DNA of 64,000 nucleotides, taken from positions 95 to 64,094 of the forward strand of contig CAWGAV010000034.1 of assembly GCA_963820625.1 (NCBI GenBank), written 5' to 3'. Below are positions 56,968-64,000 of this stretch, one piece after another. Under the pieces are notes generated by a model. It made no database searches. It was not told the DNA's origin and saw only the letters and a program-made list of their open reading frames with translations. The DNA comes from an uncultured delta proteobacterium. Its GTDB lineage: Bacteria; Desulfobacterota; BSN033; UBA1163. The stretch's first letter is position 1, and each line of letters begins with the position of its first letter. Made by a program: the position numbers and the translations under genes.

Positions 56968-57688
56968 AACAGAAGAGATCCAGCAAGATATCTATCTTTT
57001 AAAAGGGGAAGGAAAAGGTAGTCACAATTATCTGGTCCGTGCAGCTTATCGAAATGTTTTGATCGATTCAGGCCTGGACCAAAATTTTCTTTATCTTCAG
57101 GAACAACTCCTCAGTTTGGGCCTGAAGGTTAGGGACATCGACGTGGTGATCAATACCCATGAGCATTTGGATCACATCGGTTCCAACCGGTATTTCCAGG
57201 AATCTTCTTTGATCGCTGCACACCGTTTCGCGGCAACCAAGATTACTCTCGAAGATCACTATGTGACCCTCTACCGTTCTGGAGACCTGAACGAGGTGCC
57301 GCTCCGCGTACATCTCTGGTTGGAGAATAGATCACTTTTCGACCTCGGAAGTCATACTCTTGAAGTAATCCATACGCCGGGACATACGTCAGGCTCCATA
57401 TGCATCTATGAGTTCAAAACAAAGGTTCTTTTCTCAGGAGATACGGTGTTTGCGGGAGGCACCCTTTCCTATATTGCCGAATCTGGAAGCGTGGGAGATT
57501 ACATCAATTCCATCACACGACTGGAGGCTCGGAAGATATCAAAGATCTTTCCAGGTCATGGAGACATTTCTCAAAATCCCGAGCAGGATTTATCCGAGGC
57601 AATTATCAATGCAAAGAAACTATTGCGAGGAGAACGAAGTATTTCAACCAGCCCTTATCGACCTCCGGTTTTCGGGAGTGCCCCTTAA
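56957..57688 (+). CDS. MBL-fold metallo-hydrolase
   Basis: The start was moved to ATG 56957. The motifs are NTHEHLDHIGSN (HxHxDH), HTPGHTSGS and FPGHG. Confidence 0.82.
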   Translation: MGAKTEEIQQDIYLLKGEGKGSHNYLVRAAYRNVLIDSGLDQNFLYLQEQLLSLGLKVRDIDVVINTHEHLDHIGSNRYFQESSLIAAHRFAATKITLEDHYVTLYRSGDLNEVPLRVHLWLENRSLFDLGSHTLEVIHTPGHTSGSICIYEFKTKVLFSGDTVFAGGTLSYIAESGSVGDYINSITRLEARKISKIFPGHGDISQNPEQDLSEAIINAKKLLRGERSISTSPYRPPVFGSAP

Positions 57689-57795
57689 AGACCCCGTGGT
57701 GGGGCAAATTCGCAGACCCTGGTTTCTCCGCAGGAATCTTGGAAGGGAGGTGAGAAAAAGCACTGAAAAATATGTCTAAAACGAGGGCGAAAGAA

Positions 57796-57839
57796 GTTTA
57801 ACCAAAATGTTAAAAAACCGTAACAGAAATGTAACAAAC
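57796..57839 (+). promoter_or_regulatory. Pho-box-like array upstream of pstS
   Basis: Four direct hexamer-like repeats at about 11-bp phasing: GTTTAAC caaaat GTTAAA aaacc GTAACA gaaat GTAACA. TATGCT follows at 57845-57850 and the RBS AAGGAGG at 57866. Confidence 0.6.
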
Positions 57840-57878
57840 AACAATTATGCTAAAGAATAAACCTAAAGGAGGTATAGA

Positions 57879-58922
57879 ATGGAAAGAGTTTTGAAACTTC
57901 TCACTATTTTATTTGTTTCGTTAATTTTTTGCAGTACGGGTCTTGCGAAAGAGACGGAGCTCATCGGAGCAGGTGCCACGTTTCCATATCCACTGTACTC
58001 AAAAATGTTTGATGTCTATAACAAAGAGTACGGAGTGAAGGTGAACTATCAGTCTATAGGTTCAGGTGGAGGGATACGGCAACTGATCAATAAGACTGTC
58101 GATTTCGGGGGTTCTGATGCAATTATGAGCGACAAAGACATGCAAGAGGCAGTCGCCCCAATCTTACATATACCCATATGTGCGGGTGCAGATGTTATTA
58201 CCTACAACTTAACCGGGGACCCAGAATTGAAATTTACACCGGATATTATCGCCGACATTTTCCTTGGGAAAATAAAGAAATGGAACGACCCTCGCATTTC
58301 TGCGCTTAATCCCGGAATAAAGGTTCCTGATATGGCTGTTACAGTGATACATAGGTCGGACGGAAGTGGAACGACCTTCATATTCAGCGACTATTTGTGC
58401 AAGGTCAGCTCTGAATGGAAAGAAAAGGTTGGAAGGGGTACTTCCTTAAATTGGCCAACCGGGTTGGGCGGAAAGGGCAATGAAGGTGTTGCAGGCTTGG
58501 TAAAGCAGACGCCCGGAAGCATTGGCTATGTCGAGCTCATCTATGCTCTCCAGAACAAGATGCTTTATGGAACTGTAAAGAACAAGAAAGGTAAGTTTGT
58601 GACTTCAACTATCGCTTCTATAAGCCTGGCTGCAGATACCGATTTGCCGGATGACATGAGAGTAAGCCTGACTGATACGGGGGCTGCAGATGGTTACCCC
58701 ATAAGCGGCTTTACCTGGGTTTTAGTCTACAAAGAGCAGAATTACGCAGACAGGTCCGAGGAGAAGGCAAGGCAACTCGTTAAAATGCTCTGGTGGATGA
58801 CCCATGAGGGACAAAAGCAAGCTGAGCCCCTCCATTATTCTCCGCTTTCAAAGAAGGCTGCGGAAAAGGCGGAGAAATTGATTAGATCGATTTCCTACAA
58901 AGGAAACCCGTTAATGAAGTAG
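57879..58922 (+). CDS. pstS: Phosphate ABC transporter substrate-binding protein PstS
   Basis: 347-aa ORF with a signal peptide, GAGATFPYPLY, SIGSGGGI and RSDGSGTTF motifs. Confidence 0.93.
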   Translation: MERVLKLLTILFVSLIFCSTGLAKETELIGAGATFPYPLYSKMFDVYNKEYGVKVNYQSIGSGGGIRQLINKTVDFGGSDAIMSDKDMQEAVAPILHIPICAGADVITYNLTGDPELKFTPDIIADIFLGKIKKWNDPRISALNPGIKVPDMAVTVIHRSDGSGTTFIFSDYLCKVSSEWKEKVGRGTSLNWPTGLGGKGNEGVAGLVKQTPGSIGYVELIYALQNKMLYGTVKNKKGKFVTSTIASISLAADTDLPDDMRVSLTDTGAADGYPISGFTWVLVYKEQNYADRSEEKARQLVKMLWWMTHEGQKQAEPLHYSPLSKKAAEKAEKLIRSISYKGNPLMK

Positions 58923-58934
58923 AGTCGCAGGAGG

Positions 58935-58965
58935 CAGGGTGGAATTTGTTCCCACCCTGTTTTTT
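58935..58965 (+). terminator. Intrinsic terminator/attenuator between pstS and pstC
   Basis: CAGGGTGGAA-TTTG-TTCCCACCCTG followed by T6. Confidence 0.8.
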
Positions 58966-59068
58966 CCCGACGTTTTCAACAACAACTCCGAAATAGAAGA
59001 GCAACCTTTAACGGGATTAAAATCAAAAAGGACGGAGAAAGTGTTTCATTTCAGGACTAATTCGATAG

Positions 59069-60019
59069 GTGGATCTAATGGCCGATCATAGTAACGCAGA
59101 TGTTCTGGCTTTAAAGGTCGATGCAAAAACGGTGAATCAGTATAAATTCGTTATGTCAGAATCTTCCTTTCGCAAAATACTCTATCTTGCAGCAATCTGT
59201 GTGCTGATTCTCCTTGTGGCTATCTTCTTTTCGCTACTGCTTTCTTCTCTTCCAGCCATTCGACATTTTGGTCTGGGATTTCTCGCTGGAATAACATGGG
59301 ACCCGGTCAAGAGCGAGTTCGGAGCTCTTCCTTTTCTCATCGGCACTCTTGCTACTTCCTTTTTAGCCCTTATCCTTTCGCTCATCTTCTCCTTACCCAT
59401 CTCCATCTTTTTGGGCGAGTATTTCAGACATGGTACTGCATCAATGTTTATAAAAAGTATGATTGAACTGTTGGCAGGCATTCCTTCGGTCATTTATGGA
59501 TTCTGTGGACTATTCCTTCTGACTCCCGTCATAAGGGGGCTGGAGACCAAAGTGGGTGTATCGCCTTATGGGGTGGGGATATTTACCGCATCTCTGGTCC
59601 TTTCAATCATGATCATTCCATATTCAGCATCCATCGGCAGAGAAGTGATCAGCCTAGTCCCTTCCGATCTCAAGGAAGCGGCCCTTTCGCTCGGGGCAAC
59701 CAGATTCGAGGTTATACGGAAAGTAACCCTTCCTTACGCCTATTCCGGCATATTTGCAGGTATCCTTCTCGCACTGGGAAGAGCTCTCGGAGAGACAATG
59801 GCCGTTACAATGGTCATTGGCAATTCAAATTTTATTCCGACTAATATTTTTAGCCCTGGCAATACTTTGGCGAGCGTCATTGCCAATGAATTCACAGAAG
59901 CTACAGGAAGTCTATACCTCGCGAGTCTGATTGAGTTGGGACTCGTCCTCTTCATCGTCACCACTATTATAAACGTCATTGGCAAAATCATCATCCGCCG
60001 CATGGGGGCAGGGGTATAA
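59069..60019 (+). CDS. pstC: Phosphate ABC transporter permease PstC
   Basis: 316-aa ORF (alternative ATG at 59078). It is multi-TM and has the EAA-loop region EAALSLGATRFEVIRKVTLP. Confidence 0.9.
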   Translation: MDLMADHSNADVLALKVDAKTVNQYKFVMSESSFRKILYLAAICVLILLVAIFFSLLLSSLPAIRHFGLGFLAGITWDPVKSEFGALPFLIGTLATSFLALILSLIFSLPISIFLGEYFRHGTASMFIKSMIELLAGIPSVIYGFCGLFLLTPVIRGLETKVGVSPYGVGIFTASLVLSIMIIPYSASIGREVISLVPSDLKEAALSLGATRFEVIRKVTLPYAYSGIFAGILLALGRALGETMAVTMVIGNSNFIPTNIFSPGNTLASVIANEFTEATGSLYLASLIELGLVLFIVTTIINVIGKIIIRRMGAGV

Positions 60020-60020
60020 C

Positions 60021-60869
60021 ATGAGAGAATTCCCGATTCGAAGAAGAATTTTGGCGGATAAAACATTCAAAATCATCATTATCCTCCTCTCTTTCGCCTG
60101 CATACTCCCTATGTTCTTTATCATTTTTTTCATAACCAGTAAGGGAATTTCTGCTATCAACTGGAAATTCCTTACCCAGCTTCCCAAACCTGTAGGTGAG
60201 ACCGGTGGAGGAATTCTGAACGCGATCATAGGAACGTTTATTCTGGTTATTATCTCAATTCTCTTTTCTGTTCCTCTGGGTGTCTTCGCCGGCATTTTCC
60301 TTTCAGAATACAGAAAGGGAAGGTTCGTATACTTTACGAGATTGTCCATCGAGATATTGCAGGGAATCCCCTCCATTGTCATTGGTATCATCGCATATAC
60401 ATGGGTGGTCGTACCTATGGGCTCCTTTTCGGCTCTTTCGGGTGCGGTGGCCCTTGGGTTGATGATGCTGCCGGTTATTGTCACGGCAACAGGAGAAACC
60501 TTAAAACTCATTCCGGATTCCCTAAGAGAAGCTTCCTTGGCTTTAGGGGTCTCATATCCTAGAACGATTATAAAAGTGATCCTGCCGGCAGGCCTAAGCG
60601 GCATAGTGACAGGGGTGCTGCTGAGCATAGCGAGGGTTGCCGGGGAGACGGCTCCACTGCTTTTTACCGCCTTTGGCAGTCCGTTCATGAACCTTAACAT
60701 TCTTAAGCCTGTCAATAGTCTCCCTTTGATGATATTCAATTATGCCACGAGCCCCTATTCTGAGTGGCATACGCTTGCCTGGGGGGCTTCTTTTGTTTTG
60801 GTCGCACTTGTTTTAGGGCTGAATCTCCTTACCAAGTTTGTGACAAGAAAATGGAAAGTACAGTTTTGA
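60021..60869 (+). CDS. pstA: Phosphate ABC transporter permease PstA
   Basis: The start was moved to ATG 60021, 1 nt after the pstC stop. The EAA loop is [20 protein letters not shown]. Confidence 0.9.
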   Translation: MREFPIRRRILADKTFKIIIILLSFACILPMFFIIFFITSKGISAINWKFLTQLPKPVGETGGGILNAIIGTFILVIISILFSVPLGVFAGIFLSEYRKGRFVYFTRLSIEILQGIPSIVIGIIAYTWVVVPMGSFSALSGAVALGLMMLPVIVTATGETLKLIPDSLREASLALGVSYPRTIIKVILPAGLSGIVTGVLLSIARVAGETAPLLFTAFGSPFMNLNILKPVNSLPLMIFNYATSPYSEWHTLAWGASFVLVALVLGLNLLTKFVTRKWKVQF

Positions 60870-61609
60870 GGATTGAAAAATTCAGCGCCTTTTTTGGCGA
60901 AAATGCGGTCTTGAAGGACATCGACCTTTCGATTCCCAGGAATAAGATCACGGCTATTATGGGGCCATCGGGTTGTGGCAAGACGACACTCATTCGCTGC
61001 ATCAACCGGATGCACGAGTTAACCCCCGATGCCAAGGTCTCTGGTAAGATTTTTCTGGATAATGAAGACATCTATGCCACGGATCCCATCATTGTGCGAA
61101 GGCAAATTGGGATGGTTTTCCAAAAGCCCAATCCATTTCCCACGATGAGTATTTATGACAATGTGATTGCAGGATACAATCTGAACGGGATCCGATTAGC
61201 CAAGGATGAGAAGGAAAGAGTCGTTGAAGAGTCGTTGCGGAAGGCGGCTCTTTGGGAAGAGGTCAATGGGACCCTTCACAGAAGGGGAACCTTTCTCTCC
61301 GGCGGGCAGCAGCAGCGACTCTGTATCGCCCGTGCCCTTGCTATGGGGCCTGCAGTACTTCTCCTCGATGAGCCCACTTCTGCCCTGGATCCGAAAGCGA
61401 CCTCCCATATCGAGGAGTTAATTTTGCGGCTAAAGGATACAGTTACGATCATTCTCGTCACTCACAACATCGCTCAGGCGGCCCGTGTTTCGGATTTCAC
61501 TGCCTTTCTTTACTTGGGTGAGCTCGTCGAGTTCGGACTAAGCGAAAAGATGTTTACCGCCCCCAAGGATAAGAAAACGGAAGAATATCTCTCCGGGAAA
61601 TTTGGCTAA
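60851..61609 (+). CDS. pstB: Phosphate ABC transporter ATPase PstB (divergent copy 1)
   Basis: The start was moved to ATG 60851. It has Walker [10 protein letters not shown], the signature LSGGQQQRL, Walker [12 protein letters not shown] and C-terminal [10 protein letters not shown]. Confidence 0.9.
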   Translation: MESTVLRIEKFSAFFGENAVLKDIDLSIPRNKITAIMGPSGCGKTTLIRCINRMHELTPDAKVSGKIFLDNEDIYATDPIIVRRQIGMVFQKPNPFPTMSIYDNVIAGYNLNGIRLAKDEKERVVEESLRKAALWEEVNGTLHRRGTFLSGGQQQRLCIARALAMGPAVLLLDEPTSALDPKATSHIEELILRLKDTVTIILVTHNIAQAARVSDFTAFLYLGELVEFGLSEKMFTAPKDKKTEEYLSGKFG

Positions 61610-61704
61610 GCACGAAAGATCGCCAGTGGAGGTAATTGGACGCAAAACATGATTTGTGGCCTCGGGATCTTCATTCGGGGCCAGAAGCCCAAGGAGATTA
61701 AGCT

Positions 61705-62139
61705 ATGAGCAAAGCTAAAGTCTTATTTCTATGCACAAGCAATTCTGCCCGGAGTCAAATGGCTGAGGCCCTTCTAAGAAAGCATGGGGGAGATCAATTT
61801 GAGGCATACAGCGCTGGACTTGAACCCAAAGGTGTCAACCCTTATGCCGAGCGCGTCATGAAGGAAGTTGGCATAGACCTCAGCCGGCAGTATTCGAAAC
61901 ATGTCAAGGAGTATATGGGAAAAGTCCATTTCGCATATTTGATCACTGTTTGTGACGAAGCGGAAGAAAAATGTCCAACGACTTTTCCTGGATTTGGGAA
62001 GAGGATACATTGGCCGATTGAAGATCCTGCAGCTTTCGTTGGTTCGGATGATGAAAAGTTGGCCAAATTTCGGAAAGTGAGAAACCAATTGGAGCAAGGT
62101 ATCAGGGCTTGGCTAAAGGAACAGCGAGATGGGAAATAA
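61705..62139 (+). CDS. arsC: Thioredoxin-coupled arsenate reductase (LMW-PTP fold), copy 1
   Basis: 144-aa ORF with the P-loop CTSNSARS (CX5R) and the redox pair in [10 protein letters not shown]. The layout parallels B. subtilis/S. aureus ArsC as remembered. Confidence 0.8.
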   Translation: MSKAKVLFLCTSNSARSQMAEALLRKHGGDQFEAYSAGLEPKGVNPYAERVMKEVGIDLSRQYSKHVKEYMGKVHFAYLITVCDEAEEKCPTTFPGFGKRIHWPIEDPAAFVGSDDEKLAKFRKVRNQLEQGIRAWLKEQRDGK

Positions 62140-62356
62140 CCCAGCCGCCCAAAAGGCTGAAGAACTCATCCAGGAGTTGAAAAAGAAGTATACCATCGTC
62201 ATCGTCACCCACAACATGCAGCAGGCTGCTCGGGTCTCTGATTATACAGCCTTTTTCTATTTGGGGGAGCTCATCGAAGTGGACCATACAGAGAAGATTT
62301 TCACGCGCCCGGGCCTCAAGAAGACAGAGGATTACATCACCGGACGCTTTGGTTAG
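62117..62356 (+). pseudogene. 3'-terminal remnant of a canonical pstB (last ~72 codons only)
   Basis: [72 protein letters not shown] is the D-loop-to-C-terminus part of PstB. The frame is closed by a TAA at 62114-62116. There are no Walker A/B or signature motifs. The remnant begins exactly where arsC copy 1 ends. Confidence 0.8.
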
Positions 62357-62382
62357 ATAGAAGGAAAGAGAAGAAAGAGATC

Positions 62383-63063
62383 ATGATGGTTACGGAAACC
62401 CATTTTCAAAAAGAATTAGAGGAATTGAAAGAGAATCTCCTAAAGATGGCGGCGATGGTAGAAGAGGCCATCCGTGATGCGGTACAATCTCTCGTTAAAA
62501 GAGATTCTGATCTTGCCCAGAGGACGTTTGAGTTTGAAGATCGAATTAACAAATTGGAAATCGCCATCGATGATGTGTGCTTGAAACTTCTCGCTTTAAG
62601 GCAACCGATGGCAGCTGATCTCCGCTTCATTACCTCGGCGATGAAGATCATCACCGACCTGGAAAGAATGGGTGATCAGGCAGTGAATATTGCCGAGCGC
62701 GCCATCTCCTTAAACCAGGAGCCTCAACTCAAACCATATATCGATATTCCTCGAATGGCTGAGATTGCCAAATCGATGGTCAAGGATGTCTTGGATGCTT
62801 TTGTAAACCGGGACTCCAAACTGGCTCGTTCCGTTTGCGAGAGGGATGATGTGGTCGATGGGTTAAACGATCAGGTGGTGAGAGAACTACTTACCTATAT
62901 GATGTCTGATCCAAAGACCATTACCCGGGCAGTCCACCTGATAATCGTTGCCCGATGCCTGGAGAGAATTGCAGACCATGCCACGAATATCGCTGAAGAT
63001 GTGATCTTTATGGTTGATGCCCTCGTCATTAAACATCATGCTGACGTTAAAGAAGAGGGATAA
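62383..63063 (+). CDS. phoU: Phosphate signalling regulator PhoU
   Basis: 226-aa ORF with two PhoU repeats carrying the E(D)xxxD-type motifs (DLERMGDQAVNIAE and CLERIADHATNIAE). Confidence 0.92.
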   Translation: MMVTETHFQKELEELKENLLKMAAMVEEAIRDAVQSLVKRDSDLAQRTFEFEDRINKLEIAIDDVCLKLLALRQPMAADLRFITSAMKIITDLERMGDQAVNIAERAISLNQEPQLKPYIDIPRMAEIAKSMVKDVLDAFVNRDSKLARSVCERDDVVDGLNDQVVRELLTYMMSDPKTITRAVHLIIVARCLERIADHATNIAEDVIFMVDALVIKHHADVKEEG

Positions 63064-63075
63064 AGGAGATGGCCG

Positions 63076-63507
63076 ATGAGCAAAATCAAAGTTCTTTTTA
63101 TATGCACAGGCAATTCGGCCCGAAGTCAAATGGCCGAGGCCTTCCTAAGGAAATATGGGGGAGCCGATTTTGAGGCGTACAGCGCAGGAACAGAGCCGAA
63201 GGGTATCCACCCATATGCTGAGCGTGTCATGGAAGAAGTTGGAATAAGTCTCAGCAGTCATTACTCTAAACACCTCAAAGAATATATGGGGAAAATACAC
63301 TTCGCCTATATGATTATTCTGTGCGAAGAAGGTGAGAAACAGTGCCCCACGACATTTCCTGGAATCGTTCAGAGATTGCACTGGTCTTTTGAAGACCCTT
63401 CAACAATGGTGGGATCCGATGACGAAAAGTTGATGAAGTTTCGAGAAGTGAGGGACAAGATAGAAGAACACATCAAAGATTGGTTAGTTAAAAAAAAGGC
63501 GGTATGA
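63076..63507 (+). CDS. arsC: Thioredoxin-coupled arsenate reductase (LMW-PTP fold), copy 2
   Basis: 143-aa ORF with CTGNSARS and LCEEGEKQCP. By eye it shares roughly two-thirds of its residues with copy 1. Confidence 0.8.
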   Translation: MSKIKVLFICTGNSARSQMAEAFLRKYGGADFEAYSAGTEPKGIHPYAERVMEEVGISLSSHYSKHLKEYMGKIHFAYMIILCEEGEKQCPTTFPGIVQRLHWSFEDPSTMVGSDDEKLMKFREVRDKIEEHIKDWLVKKKAV

Positions 63508-63661
63508 CTACTATTCATCCCACTTAATTTTTGCCTCGAATAATAAATAGACATCAGTCAACCTTCCCCTATCCTTCCAATAGAAATTACTTGATCAGAA
63601 GATCATAATCTGGTAATTTCAAACGGAATCGAAACATTTCACTCTCCATGAAAGTGTTCCA

Positions 63662-64000
63662 ATGACAGAATCGAATCCCATCGTAAAGATGGAGACACAA
63701 GGGCTTCATTTCTATTACGGGTCTAACCATGCCCTCAAAAATATCAACATTGTTATCAGAGAGCGCCAGATCACTGCCTTGATCGGTCCTTCTGGATGTG
63801 GGAAATCGACTTTTCTCCGAACCCTCAACCGGCTAAACGAACTCATCCCTAACACACGTATTGAAGGAACCGTTACACTCGACGCAGAGGATATCTATCA
63901 CTCGGATATGGATGTCGTTTCCCTCCGGCAGAGGGTTGGGATGGTCTTTCAACGCCCCAACCCATTTCCAAAGAGTATTTTTGAAAATGTGGCCTTTGGT
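63662..64000 (+). CDS. pstB: PstB (canonical copy 2); 5' part only, runs off the window
   Basis: Hand translation from ATG 63662 gives [71 protein letters not shown]...[22 protein letters not shown]. Confidence 0.88.
   Translation, partial: MTESNPIVKMETQGLHFYYGSNHALKNINIVIRERQITALIGPSGCGKSTFLRTLNRLNELIPNTRIEGTVTLDAEDIYHSDMDVVSLRQRVGMVFQRPNPFPKSIFENVAFG

Noticed and set aside
59912-60739. Long antisense ORFs opposite real genes. Examples: 59912..60739 (275 aa, opposite pstA), 17078..17785 and 15794..16459 (opposite valS), 20516..21172 (opposite the transposase), 46960..47670, 48097..48768, 41622..42227, 45327..45836, 11058..11696 and 2164..2664.
   Set aside because: Each lies fully inside a well-supported gene on the other strand. 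They have low-complexity or Ser/Pro/Arg-rich shadow-frame composition, no RBS and no recognisable motif.
62129-62356. ORF 62129..62356 as an independent 75-aa gene.
   Set aside because: Its sequence is purely the C-terminal third of PstB. It has no RBS, and its ATG overlaps the arsC1 stop region. It is better explained as a gene remnant.

Overview
This is a compact 64-kb bacterial chromosomal window, moderately AT-rich by eye, with about 60 genes on both strands. The gene content suggests an anaerobe: SelB, a tungsten/molybdenum-type aldehyde:ferredoxin oxidoreductase with its poly-ferredoxin, a membrane HdrD-like Fe-S protein, DUF362 and a radical SAM enzyme. I cannot assign a phylum from sequence alone. 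Most of the window is housekeeping: selB, hup, rmuC, ltaE, cutA, gatCA, valS, dgt, cca, mscL, galE, purF, malic enzyme, hyi-garR and phoBR-pstSCAB-phoU. I found no rRNA, tRNA or CRISPR array. Seven things stand out. (1) A 4.6-kb AT-rich islet (34544-39158) lies between the convergent 3' ends of purF and a small gene. It is bracketed by a 22-nt duplication of the purF 3' end and has no integrase. (2) Inside that islet, a sigma54-type promoter is followed by a GEMM-I (c-di-GMP class I) riboswitch-like leader with terminator/antiterminator logic, then a Cys-rich receiver protein, a PilZ protein and a mini membrane protein. The cassette is bracketed by its own ~65-nt direct repeats. (3) A complete 1485-bp IS (TGT ends, duplicated subterminal repeats, 16-bp target duplication; IS1202/ISNCY-like) sits directly against the -35 box of the pseudo-receiver-valS-gatC-gatA unit. 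(4) The Pho cluster has a rearranged tail: pstB, arsC, a pstB 3' remnant, phoU, a second arsC, then another pstB. (5) A PHP-REC-histidine kinase fusion is followed by two zinc-ribbon mini-proteins, a STAS protein and an MBL hydrolase. (6) A family of modular hairpin/palindrome repeats fills many intergenic gaps. (7) Two genes have broken reading frames (AOR and a TPR protein), and an OmpR-type regulator has no canonical start codon. All protein family calls rest on motifs read from the supplied translations and on memory, not on database searches.
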